Source: a virus
Taxonomy: Duplodnaviria; Caudoviricetes
Strand: one strand, 5' to 3'
Length of the DNA stretch: 51,204 bases
IMG/VR virus record: IMGVR_UViG_3300042196_000297
Span: 1-51,204 of that record
Of this stretch, positions 19,132 through 28,211 are shown in pieces. The notes below the pieces were generated by a model that was given only the letters and a program-made list of their open reading frames with translations, was not told where the DNA came from and ran no database searches. Every line of letters starts with the position of its first letter. Positions within the stretch are counted from its first letter, which is position 1. The position numbers and the translations under genes are program-made.

Positions 19132-20639
19132 CAGCCTCTCCCAAGGTTGGGCGGGATGCCACCGCCCGGCCCGATCGGCTGCGTGCTGCCCCCGCCGGGC
19201 GCGATGGCCCTGGAATCGCCGCCGGTTGAAGACGGAGCCCCAGCCCCGGGACCAGGAAGCGGCGTTATCTGATCGCCGCCTCCGCCTCCGCTGGTTGGCG
19301 GCGCGCTGGGATCTGGCGTGGTCGTCCCCCCGCCTCCACTCTCCGGAGGCTCCGCCCACTCCTCGACGGTCTCCAACATCTCATCGTAGACGTTGAACGC
19401 CGTATCGTCGAGCCCTAGTTTCACGGGCGCGATCTCGACCGAGGATCGGGTGAGGTGCCACTTGAAACCATCCCCGAGCCGGAACGCGCCGTCAGATGGC
19501 GAACGCTCGCCCACGATCCGCGACCGCCTGGACATGGTTCGGAGTCGTCGCGCCGGTCCATCATCTACGTGCTTCGCCAACGCATTCCCGTTGGCAACTG
19601 GCGTGAAGACAACACCGGGCTCGTTCTCGATTCGGGACCGTTCGGCGTACTCGAGGACGCCCGAGCCAGTCGTTACCATGGCGAACGTGAGCGTGCCCTG
19701 GATGCGCTGAGCCGTCCGATCCATCATCGGCGTCCCCTCCTCTATGAGTGCCAGCAAGGAAGGTGTCCAGATCTCCTGGACCTGAGCGAGCAAGAAGGGC
19801 CGGATGGTGTTCTGATAGACGGACTCTAGGTCGGTTGTCGCCTTCTCCACCCATGCTTCGTAGACGGCGCTCACTCGCTCAAGCCGTCGCGCGTTGCCCC
19901 TGGGGGCGTCTCCCGGGCCCACCGCCTGACGGGTGTAAAGTACGGAGTGCCGAAAGATCGTCGTGTTGTCAAGCGTGCCCTGGGACTGGTTGTAGAGCAG
20001 CTCTAAGTAGGTCCTCGCAAAGTCGAGATTCTTGTTCTGATCGTCAGCGCTCGCGGTCTCGGCCACCTTCTCGTATGTGCCTCCGATAGCGGTAAGGACC
20101 GCGCTGACGTACGCCTCGATGCTGGCTTCGTACTGAGCGCGAGCCGAGTTGCCGGACAGCGCCGTGTATCTACCCGAGATCGTGACCGTGTTCTGACCCG
20201 CCGGACTCTTTTCAAGCGCGACGCTCGAGTAGCGACGTCCCGATTGGCCCGAGAGGTCGGCCGGTACCTCACACGTCACGCTGATGGCGTAGAGTCGGGA
20301 GCGTCCGGTTTCGTACCGTTCGTCACCCGTCTCTTGGATGCTAGGCTGAGCGTTGTAGCCCGTGTTGGACGTGTGCGAGTAGGAGGCAACAGTCGTCGAT
20401 CCTAGCGTGATGGTCAGCGCCTGCCACGGCTTTCGGAACGCGGCCTCTAGGGCCTGGGCCGTGGCCGCAAAGTTCGCCTCGCTCGAGATATCGGTGCAGG
20501 CGACCTGGAACGAAACAGTCACGCGGTCGTAGCTCTTGTCGATCCGAACCGGCCCATGAAGAAGATAGACAGCCGACGTCCCTCCCACGGTCGTAGCGCC
20601 GTAGGTCACACTCAGTTCGCGGGTGACGGCAGGAGGCAT
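19131..20639 (-). CDS. Putative tail structural protein
   Basis: 502 aa, Ser/Thr-rich beta composition, Gly/Pro tail. Confidence 0.6.
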   Translation of the reverse strand: MPPAVTRELSVTYGATTVGGTSAVYLLHGPVRIDKSYDRVTVSFQVACTDISSEANFAATAQALEAAFRKPWQALTITLGSTTVASYSHTSNTGYNAQPSIQETGDERYETGRSRLYAISVTCEVPADLSGQSGRRYSSVALEKSPAGQNTVTISGRYTALSGNSARAQYEASIEAYVSAVLTAIGGTYEKVAETASADDQNKNLDFARTYLELLYNQSQGTLDNTTIFRHSVLYTRQAVGPGDAPRGNARRLERVSAVYEAWVEKATTDLESVYQNTIRPFLLAQVQEIWTPSLLALIEEGTPMMDRTAQRIQGTLTFAMVTTGSGVLEYAERSRIENEPGVVFTPVANGNALAKHVDDGPARRLRTMSRRSRIVGERSPSDGAFRLGDGFKWHLTRSSVEIAPVKLGLDDTAFNVYDEMLETVEEWAEPPESGGGGTTTPDPSAPPTSGGGGGDQITPLPGPGAGAPSSTGGDSRAIAPGGGSTQPIGPGGGIPPNLGRG

Positions 20640-21262
20640 TACTTGAGCACCGCCGTACCGGCGGCTCCGGCCACCACCAACCCGGCAGCTACTTCAGGAG
20701 GCGTACCCGTCCACTTGGCTGTCAGCCATGCCGCCGTGAGGGCGCTCATGGCCGCCGTCAGCGCCGCCGCATGCTTTGCGAGCGAAGCCCCGACTTCCTT
20801 CATTACCTCGCCTCCGAGGATGTTCGCCACTCGGCCTCGCCCCTCGGCCTCCATGCCCGTGAGGTTGCTGAAGGCTCGGTACATGCCCTTTACGTCCTGT
20901 TCCGAGGCGTTACGGCCCGCCATACCCAACGCCGCCATCGTCATTTCCTTGGCCTTGAGAGGACCCTGCATCTCTTCGTAGAGCCCTCCAAGGCCGAACC
21001 CCGAAAGCGCGGCACCGCCGATGACGTTGCTGATTGTTTGCGCGTAGGGCGACAAGCTGAATCCGAGAGCCGTTCCAAGGATCGTCCCACCGAGTCCTAG
21101 ACCGCCCCCCCCTCCACCACCACCGATGGGCCCGCCGCCGCCACCACCGCCCCCGCCCATCCCCATGCGCCCCGTCTGCCCCATCGCGCTCGTCAACCGC
21201 TGCAGGTCGCGCTCAGCCTGCGCGGTGTCAAGTCGAACCCGGATGATGGCATCTTGAGCCAT
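20639..21262 (-). CDS. Very short tape-measure-like protein
   Basis: N-terminus MAQDAIIRVRLDTAQAERDLQRL resembles tape-measure starts; Gly/Ala-rich helical; only 207 aa. Confidence 0.5.
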   Translation of the reverse strand: MAQDAIIRVRLDTAQAERDLQRLTSAMGQTGRMGMGGGGGGGGGPIGGGGGGGGLGLGGTILGTALGFSLSPYAQTISNVIGGAALSGFGLGGLYEEMQGPLKAKEMTMAALGMAGRNASEQDVKGMYRAFSNLTGMEAEGRGRVANILGGEVMKEVGASLAKHAAALTAAMSALTAAWLTAKWTGTPPEVAAGLVVAGAAGTAVLK

Positions 21263-21266
21263 GAGA

Positions 21267-22061
21267 TCAGGCTAGCGTAATCGTGACCGTGGCGGATGAC
21301 GAATACCGATCTGCGGACCCGGCTCCAAGTTCATCGTAGCCAGCGAAGAGGGCGTAGGAAAATTGACCGGAGCCCGGCGTGTCGGTGACAGAAGTAGCGA
21401 GCAACGAGGCCAACGTCACGCCGGTCCCAGCCGTGACACTGCTTGGGGCCGTGGCGCCCGAGGCCCGACGCAGCACGACGTTGTAGCGATCGAAGCGGTC
21501 GGGCGGCACGGCCCACGTGAGCGAGGCGGAGCCGCCTCCTGCGTCCGTGGCCGCCAACCGCACAGGCTCGGTATATTGGCGTGCGACCGTGCAGACGGCC
21601 CTGAGCACGTACGAGCGGGAAGCGTAGACCGCACCCTCGATGTCAGCCGCCGCAAGAGCCGAAACGTAGGCCACCACGATAGGGCAAGCATCGGCACCCG
21701 TGAGCGCGGCCACGGCGTCCAAGACCTCTTCCTCGACCTCGGACAGACCGCGGCCCAACGAGGAGCCCTGACCGGCGCTGCGCGGGCCCCCGATCAACGC
21801 CTGTTCGCCGAACGGGTCTCCGGCCACGGCGGCCACGAGGTGAAGATCGAAAGTTTGCTGCAGCAGTTTCGGATCGTACTCATCTGGCGTAGCGGCGGCA
21901 GGCGCGATCAGCGCGAAAGGCGCGCGAAGGTAGTGGAGCGCGTCCTCGGTCATGCCGGCTGAGACGTGTGCACTCCCGAGGACCTTCTCGGCCGCCCCGT
22001 CGGGCCAGGTAGCAGCCCGGAGCAGGTAGCGGATCTGCCGCGCCAGTTGCCAGGGGTTCAC
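21267..22061 (-). CDS. Tail terminator-like protein with a C-terminal FN3/Ig-like domain
   Basis: Position in module; ASLTW..P...YNVVLRR and YALFA patterns typical of FN3. Confidence 0.5.
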   Translation of the reverse strand: MNPWQLARQIRYLLRAATWPDGAAEKVLGSAHVSAGMTEDALHYLRAPFALIAPAAATPDEYDPKLLQQTFDLHLVAAVAGDPFGEQALIGGPRSAGQGSSLGRGLSEVEEEVLDAVAALTGADACPIVVAYVSALAAADIEGAVYASRSYVLRAVCTVARQYTEPVRLAATDAGGGSASLTWAVPPDRFDRYNVVLRRASGATAPSSVTAGTGVTLASLLATSVTDTPGSGQFSYALFAGYDELGAGSADRYSSSATVTITLA

Positions 22062-22411
22062 GCGGGGGTACTCCCCTGGAGACGTTTAGCTGCTCGCGCC
22101 GCCGCGGCCTGCAGCGTGAGGTCTGTGAGCGCCGTGGAACCATCGGCTGGCGCGAGCACGGCCGCTGCCATTGCCACACCTTGGGCGGCCAGGCCCGTGG
22201 CCGCTGCGTCTTCGGCGCGGATCTCGCGTCGGGCCTGGGCCAGCGCTGCCAACTCAGGCTCGGTCAAGCCCACCATGTCGCTAGGCGTCAGTACGACGCC
22301 AGCCGCCATCCAGGCACGGGCACGGGCCAGTAACGGGGGCCACGCACCGCTCGCCTGGATCTCCTCGGCGGTGGGCAACACGAGCAACCCGGCGGCCCGG
22401 AGCAGGATCAT
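22058..22411 (-). CDS. Hypothetical protein (tail assembly chaperone position)
   Basis: Ala-rich, 117 aa, directly after the tube-like gene. Confidence 0.5.
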   Translation of the reverse strand: MILLRAAGLLVLPTAEEIQASGAWPPLLARARAWMAAGVVLTPSDMVGLTEPELAALAQARREIRAEDAAATGLAAQGVAMAAAVLAPADGSTALTDLTLQAAAARAAKRLQGSTPA

Positions 22412-22451
22412 GGGGACACCCCCCCCCGCGCACGCGCCAGACGTTTGAGTC

Positions 22452-23009
22452 TCATAGCGTGAGCCCTCGCAGCCGACCGATCGCCACGATCCGGTTGCTG
22501 GCGTCCCGGATGCCCGCGAACACGAAAGGGAACTCGAGCTTGTCGGCGAGCGTGAACCGTAGCTCGGCCGTCTCGTCCAGCATGGGCAACGCCCGGTAGA
22601 ACAAGACGGCAGGCTGTCGGTCGGAATCGTCGGGCGTGAACAACAGTTTGATCGAGCGCGAAGATAAGAGATGCCCAGTACGGACCGTTCCCGGATACGT
22701 GATGATGCGGCCTCCTACTCCGCTTCCGGCCAGCGCCGTATTAGGAAACAGGTCCGAAAGCGCGTCGGGGTCGTACGACCGAAGGACGCCGGCCAGCACC
22801 CAGGCTTCGGACGTGGCGATGGCCTCGACCGGCTCGTTCCCGAACTCGGCGGCCCGCACAACTCCGTAGACGAACGAGGGCCGGACGACCACAGCCCGTA
22901 CTTCGCCCAGCGCCGTCCCCCCGTGAGGATAGGCGGTGGCGAGATTCGTAGGCGCCTTCGACAGCTTGCCCGGAACCTGAAGGACGTCAGCAGGCGAGGG
23001 CGTGCTCAT
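22452..23009 (-). CDS. Putative tail tube protein
   Basis: 185 aa, beta-rich; follows the neck genes. Confidence 0.5.
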   Translation of the reverse strand: MSTPSPADVLQVPGKLSKAPTNLATAYPHGGTALGEVRAVVVRPSFVYGVVRAAEFGNEPVEAIATSEAWVLAGVLRSYDPDALSDLFPNTALAGSGVGGRIITYPGTVRTGHLLSSRSIKLLFTPDDSDRQPAVLFYRALPMLDETAELRFTLADKLEFPFVFAGIRDASNRIVAIGRLRGLTL

Positions 23010-23689
23010 GGGGCCTGCTCCACGATCCGCACGACCTCGACGCCAAGATCGGTCAGCAAGTCGGCCCTGTCCTCGGGCTCGATGGTGATAAACGGCCGAG
23101 ACGGGATCTTGAACGTCACTCGCTTCCCGCGCTGCTTCTTGTTGAGCAGCCATCCGAACGCGACCCTAAGATCAGATCCCTCGACGCGGCTAGTCACGCC
23201 CGTTGCCTTGTTCTTGACCGTAACCCCCTTCTTCGCCTTGGGCTTGAGCCACTTCCAAAGCCGCTGCTGAAGATCCTCGGTGATGACGGGCGAGAGGGAC
23301 GTGCCGCCCCGCTGCATCAAGTCGGCATAGGGAAGCGCCGAGCCGATCTCCACCGTGTCTCGACGCAAGACCCGGAACGCGATGGAGCGCCGTAGTGCGC
23401 TCGTGTCGATGAGCGCCGGCCGCGGCTCGAATCGACGCTGCGGCGGGGTACGTCCCGCTACAAGATCCGCCAAGACCCCGGCCACGTTGGGGACGCGGCG
23501 AGCCTGCCACTTCGCACGCCCCCGGCGCTGCTCGACGAACGCCCGCTGCGCCCTAGCCTTGAAGAACGCGCCCACCAGGGTCAGAAGCGCCTTGGGGTCG
23601 TTCATGGCGAGCCGCAAGGCCCGTAGCCGCGTCCCCTCTTGGAACGACACAGCATCACCGGGGCGGGGCGGGGGCAGGCCCGCACTCAT
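23006..23689 (-). CDS. Virion morphogenesis / tail completion protein (Mu gpG-like)
   Basis: LIDTSALRRSI, IGSALPYA..MQRGG and KIPSRPF motifs. Confidence 0.75.
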   Translation of the reverse strand: MSAGLPPPRPGDAVSFQEGTRLRALRLAMNDPKALLTLVGAFFKARAQRAFVEQRRGRAKWQARRVPNVAGVLADLVAGRTPPQRRFEPRPALIDTSALRRSIAFRVLRRDTVEIGSALPYADLMQRGGTSLSPVITEDLQQRLWKWLKPKAKKGVTVKNKATGVTSRVEGSDLRVAFGWLLNKKQRGKRVTFKIPSRPFITIEPEDRADLLTDLGVEVVRIVEQAP

Positions 23690-23693
23690 GGAA

Positions 23694-24128
23694 CTACCCT
23701 CCACCTGGCACGTACCCCCGGAACGCCTCGGGATCGAACTTGGGTCGCACGGTCTCGCCGCTCGGTACCTCTTCCGAGGGCGTGAGGTCACTGGTCGTCT
23801 GGAAGTGCGGCCGATCACGGCCGGTGACCTTGGCCAAGTCCTCGAGTCGCTGCTTCCATCTGCCCTGGATCGTCTCGGCCGCCTTCGTCCCAACGGCCAG
23901 CCACTCCATGAGCCGGAGCACCACGCCTTCCACGGCCGTCTTGACGTGTCGAGCGTCCGTCCCGTCGTAGGCGATGCCGGCCACGATCTGGAAGTCGGCC
24001 TCGACGTCGGTAGCCGCCAAGCCCAGGATCGTCGTATTGACCGTGGTTGCCGTGATGCTCCCTGGGTTGGTCAACTCGACCAGCCGCTGTGCCGGATACC
24101 GGGACTGGACTTCGGCCGAAAGGCTCAT
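23694..24128 (-). CDS. Head-tail adaptor (Mu gp36/DUF1320-like)
   Basis: RY...LVELTN...LEDLAK helical pattern; position after the capsid genes. Confidence 0.6.
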   Translation of the reverse strand: MSLSAEVQSRYPAQRLVELTNPGSITATTVNTTILGLAATDVEADFQIVAGIAYDGTDARHVKTAVEGVVLRLMEWLAVGTKAAETIQGRWKQRLEDLAKVTGRDRPHFQTTSDLTPSEEVPSGETVRPKFDPEAFRGYVPGGG

Positions 24129-24131
24129 GGC

Positions 24132-25412
24132 CTACGGGTCCGACCAGGTGATGGCGCCGCCCGTGCCGGAAGGCAAGTAGCCTGCGAACGCACGCTGCAT
24201 CCACCGCTGGATCACACCATCCGTCGAAAGTCCTTCGGCGTCGGTGAACGTGAACGAGTCATCACGCAGGAAGTTGGTGCTGCCTCCGACGGGGCAGTAC
24301 CACAGGCCATCGAAACCTTGGAACGGGACGAACAGCACGTCGTCTACGAGCACGTCGCCCGTCGTATTGCTGGTCAACTCGATCTCGATGTTGAGCGACT
24401 GCTCGTTGAAGACCTTGAACCAGTTAGCGGTCCCGAGGTCGATCCGCAGGACGTTCCAGCCCGTCTGGGCTGCAAGCGCGACCGCCTTCGTGCTGGCTCC
24501 AAGACGGATCGTCAGGGTTCCGTCGCCGGAGTAGACCTGACGGTTGTAGGCCACCTGGAGGTAGTACGGCACGCGGGCGTTGAGCTGCGTCCCACGCACC
24601 GAGAGGGCCTGACTGATCTTGGTGTTGGTCTTCAGGATCAAGGCCCGCGGAGTCGTATCGCTGATCGAATCCCGGTAGTAGTTCGTCTCGTCAAGCGCAA
24701 AGTCCGTCCCGATCGTGCCCGTGTTGATGGTCCAGTTCGTGAGACCCGTCAGCACGGCGATCGTGCCGGTGAAGAGCGAGAACGAAGTGTTGAGGAGCAG
24801 CGAATCGCGGGCCGAGACGCACTTGACTTCGCCGACGCCGCCCGAACCGCTTACCTGAAGCGCGTCCCGTCCCGCCGACTCGCCGCGGATCTCGAAGACT
24901 TCCTCGTGCCGCTCGGCGCCGCTACTCCGGTCGCGCACGCACTTGAGAGTCTTGACGTCCCCGTGCGTGGCCTCGATCGTGAAGTTGTTCTCGTCAACCG
25001 GAAGCCGGTTAACCGTCCCGTTGCCGACGTTGCCACCACCGGCCGTCACGGACCCATGCGTGAAGTTGCGCGTCTCGACCCGCAGCGTGGCATCGACGAA
25101 CCGCTGATAGAGCCGGCGGAACATCGAGGGCGCGTCGGTCTCGGGCCAGTTCTGCTGGCGGGCGTAGGTCCTGAGCCACCAGTACATCGCGGCCGGGACA
25201 TCGGTCAAGATCCCGTGAAGCCGTGAGCGCGATGTGGCAAGACCGGCCAACATCTCGGCCGCGAAATCCGATTCCATCGCCTGGATTAGGGCGTCTTCCA
25301 TCGACACCCAGTTGTTCGTCGCCGTCACGTTCCCGAACAACCGAGACTGCTCGTAGAGCAGAATGATCCTACGGCCGATGTCCTGGATTTCCGCTTCGGT
25401 GGGCGAGGCCAT
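24132..25412 (-). CDS. Uncharacterised structural protein, 426 aa
   Basis: Long ORF between capsid and adaptor genes; helical N-terminus, beta-rich C-terminus. Confidence 0.7.
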   Translation of the reverse strand: MASPTEAEIQDIGRRIILLYEQSRLFGNVTATNNWVSMEDALIQAMESDFAAEMLAGLATSRSRLHGILTDVPAAMYWWLRTYARQQNWPETDAPSMFRRLYQRFVDATLRVETRNFTHGSVTAGGGNVGNGTVNRLPVDENNFTIEATHGDVKTLKCVRDRSSGAERHEEVFEIRGESAGRDALQVSGSGGVGEVKCVSARDSLLLNTSFSLFTGTIAVLTGLTNWTINTGTIGTDFALDETNYYRDSISDTTPRALILKTNTKISQALSVRGTQLNARVPYYLQVAYNRQVYSGDGTLTIRLGASTKAVALAAQTGWNVLRIDLGTANWFKVFNEQSLNIEIELTSNTTGDVLVDDVLFVPFQGFDGLWYCPVGGSTNFLRDDSFTFTDAEGLSTDGVIQRWMQRAFAGYLPSGTGGAITWSDP

Positions 25413-25441
25413 CTGGGGCTACAGTCTCCCCGACCGATGGC

Positions 25442-25921
25442 CTAGTCGGCGATCGGCCGGAACTCGAGGTAGGGTGCGAGAGGCTGGACGTCGCGGGTGA
25501 GACGGGGCTTCCCGTCCGGTCCGGTCGGGTAGAGTTGGGCCGAGTACCGGATGGGCAGGCCCTGCGTGCCGTCCTCGTTCCTTCGGCGCGCCACGATCCG
25601 CAGGCAGTACCGCGGGATCGCGGCCCGGACGGCCTCCACCTGCTCGGGCCAGAGCCTCACCTGGCCTCCCGGCACGACCTCGCGCTGGATCATGCGACCG
25701 CCCTCCCACACAAGCCGCTCGGTCTTCTTGTGGAAGCACTGGCCGCCGACCGTCGCGTACTCGAAGGGGGTCACGAACTTCGTGCCGTCCTTCTCGTGCT
25801 CGACGACCCGGCCCTCGGCGTCGAGGAAGACGTGAGGCTTGACGGCCAGGAGGTAGAGCGTCTGCTGTTCGGGGACGTCGGTCTTGACGGGAGCGGGCGA
25901 AGAGGCTACGGCTGGGCTCAT
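25442..25921 (-). CDS. Hypothetical protein downstream of the capsid gene
   Basis: AGGAG RBS; strong codon bias. Confidence 0.7.
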   Translation of the reverse strand: MSPAVASSPAPVKTDVPEQQTLYLLAVKPHVFLDAEGRVVEHEKDGTKFVTPFEYATVGGQCFHKKTERLVWEGGRMIQREVVPGGQVRLWPEQVEAVRAAIPRYCLRIVARRRNEDGTQGLPIRYSAQLYPTGPDGKPRLTRDVQPLAPYLEFRPIAD

Positions 25922-25933
25922 CAGGACTCCTGA

Positions 25934-26941
25934 CTAGGTCGTCATCTTGATCGCGTTGAACGGCGTGCCGACGCCGTAACCCGTCATCCACCACCACCTG
26001 AGGCCGCGCTTGTTGTACTTGCGGCCCTCGTCCGAGTTCGTCTCGTTGAAATAGGACTCGGCGGCCTCGACCCAGCGCACCCGGATCAGGGGCTTGCGCA
26101 TGTTGGGCTGGAGGTGGAAGAAGTACATCTCGCCGGTGGGCACGCGCTGGGTGGGGATGAGGTCGATCGAGTACCCGGCGTCGAACAGGATGTTCGTGAT
26201 GGCGGCGTTCGAGGTCGCCGTGTTCGCGCCGATCGCCACGAAGTTCCCGCGGAACGCGGCGTTGAGGGCCGGGATGTCGTCCGCGCTGGCGATGACGAGG
26301 TACTTCTTCGACCCCGGATCGAGCAGCGGCTGGCCTTCCGTGTCCTGGAACTGTGCGAACCGGGAGTGCACCTCCTGGACGCCGGCCCGAATGCCCTCGC
26401 CGGTCGAGAAGACCTGCGAGGCCACGATGTTCCCGCCCGAAACGCCGAAGCGGTCCACGCCCCCGGCGGTGGTGGCGTAGAGGGCGGCACCGTCCGCCGC
26501 GAGCGGGATGGCCGGGATGCCGTCGGGGTCAGCGGCGCCGCGAAGGATTTGGAACCAGATCGCCTCGTCCCGCACGCGCACACCGATCGCCCCATCCCGG
26601 GCCTTGGTCACCAGCGAGTCGGTGAGGTCCCAGAGCTCGGTCTCGACCTCCCAGTCGATGGTGAGGGCGTAGCGGAAGGGATTGACGGTCCAGCCGTAGT
26701 CCTTGAACGCCTTGGCCGGAACGCCGTCACCGAACGGCCAGTAGGTCGGGATCGGCGTGGCCTCGAAGGCCGCGTACTTCGCCTGGTCGGCCTTGGCGGA
26801 GTCTTCCTCGACGACCTGGTTCCATCGGGCGAGGAAGCCCGTGGGATCGGGCTCGCGGCGGTAGGTGTCCCAGAACAGCTTGGAAACGCCGAGGGCGCGT
26901 ACGCCCGACTGCGGGATGGTACCAACGATGGGTCCGGGCAT
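25934..26941 (-). CDS. Major capsid protein (Mu gpT-like)
   Basis: 335 aa; strong GC3 bias; QDTEGQPL, MYFF...KPLI and GYGVG near the C-terminus resemble gpT. Confidence 0.75.
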   Translation of the reverse strand: MPGPIVGTIPQSGVRALGVSKLFWDTYRREPDPTGFLARWNQVVEEDSAKADQAKYAAFEATPIPTYWPFGDGVPAKAFKDYGWTVNPFRYALTIDWEVETELWDLTDSLVTKARDGAIGVRVRDEAIWFQILRGAADPDGIPAIPLAADGAALYATTAGGVDRFGVSGGNIVASQVFSTGEGIRAGVQEVHSRFAQFQDTEGQPLLDPGSKKYLVIASADDIPALNAAFRGNFVAIGANTATSNAAITNILFDAGYSIDLIPTQRVPTGEMYFFHLQPNMRKPLIRVRWVEAAESYFNETNSDEGRKYNKRGLRWWWMTGYGVGTPFNAIKMTT

Positions 26942-26960
26942 GGGGTGGGGTACTCCGGGA

Positions 26961-28205
26961 TCAGAGGCCGATCGCCGTGATGATCGCGTTCACCTTCGTG
27001 GCGAGTTCCTTCACCGCGTCCGTCAGGGCGACGATGGCCGTACGGTCGGCCGCCTGCGCGGTGACCAACTCGATGACCTTCTGCGTGATGTCCGAGTCGT
27101 TCTGGTTCTGGACCAGGTTGTCGGTCCGCAGCGTGTTGATCTTGGCCGCCGCACTGGCGATGGCGTCGGCCGTGTCCATGTTCTGGAGGAGGACGGTGAA
27201 GAAGCCCGAGCCAGCGGTGAAGGCCGTACCACCGTTGGCGACCTCGATCGAGAACGCGTTGGCCGCCGTGCCCGTGTTGGCGCCCGAGACCGCGGTGCCC
27301 GCCGTCTGTTCGCCCCGGCCGCTCGTGCTCGCCTCCGTGAGCGTGCACGTGGACGCCACCGTTCCGACGTCCACCGCGCCGATCTCCATGTTGAAGACGC
27401 GCGACGCTCCGGCTCCGACGCCGGCCACGGCCGTCGTGAAGGACCACGAGAGGATCTTGAACTTGTGGCCCAGCACGTAGTCGGTCACGACCTCCTCGGC
27501 GCCGGTGCCGGCCGGGAGCGTGCAGGGGATAACGAGGGTGTAGGTCCCGGCCCCTGCCGCGATGGTGTCGCCCGCCGAACCCGTCGAGTTGTCGGTGAGG
27601 GCCGCGCCGATCGTGGAACCGTCGGCCACCGTATCGTCGTGGGTGCCCGAGTCGCCCGTCGAGTCGGTGAGCGTCGCGCCGAGAGCGGTCGGTGCCGTCA
27701 CGGCACCGATCGTGCCGTCTGCTGCGGCCCCGCCCGAGTTGTCGGTGAGCGCCGTGACGGCCCCGAACGAGGCGGCCACGCGGTGGGCCTCGGGCGAGAG
27801 CATGAGCACATCGCAGGTCGTGGACGAGTGCCAGCGCCAGACGTACCCGATCTGCTTGACGTTCGTGGCCGGCGTCAAGGTCAGCGTCTGGACGCCCGTC
27901 GCGTAGACCGGATCGCCGACGTGCGACTGGGCCGAAACTCCCGTCACCGTCTCCTTGCGGATGATGATGGGGCCGGCGAGGATCTTCGCCTCCTTGGGCG
28001 GCGTGGCGGACGTGTCGCCCAGCACCTGCTCCTCGACCAGGCCGAGGAACACGATGCTGGCCGAGTCGGCCATGGCCACGACGCGACCCGTCGAGGTGTT
28101 GAGGCCGACGTAGTCGCCCTTGTAGAGCTGCAGGGCGTTCGTGACGATGGTCGAGAAGCGACGCTCGGCCCCGCACGCTTTGGAAGCGACGTTCCGGTTG
28201 GCCAT
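26961..28205 (-). CDS. Capsid decoration/cement protein with a fibre-like extension
   Basis: N-terminal LYKGDYVG...VGDPVYA...IG cement-like domain; repeated LTDNSGG/LTDSTG; coiled-coil C-terminus. Confidence 0.65.
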   Translation of the reverse strand: MANRNVASKACGAERRFSTIVTNALQLYKGDYVGLNTSTGRVVAMADSASIVFLGLVEEQVLGDTSATPPKEAKILAGPIIIRKETVTGVSAQSHVGDPVYATGVQTLTLTPATNVKQIGYVWRWHSSTTCDVLMLSPEAHRVAASFGAVTALTDNSGGAAADGTIGAVTAPTALGATLTDSTGDSGTHDDTVADGSTIGAALTDNSTGSAGDTIAAGAGTYTLVIPCTLPAGTGAEEVVTDYVLGHKFKILSWSFTTAVAGVGAGASRVFNMEIGAVDVGTVASTCTLTEASTSGRGEQTAGTAVSGANTGTAANAFSIEVANGGTAFTAGSGFFTVLLQNMDTADAIASAAAKINTLRTDNLVQNQNDSDITQKVIELVTAQAADRTAIVALTDAVKELATKVNAIITAIGL

Positions 28206-28211
28206 GGGAGA

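Noticed and set aside
22419-22427. Nine-base C/G homopolymer as a phase-variation or frameshift site
   Set aside because: Intergenic, could simply act as a G-rich RBS, and there is no evidence of length variation.
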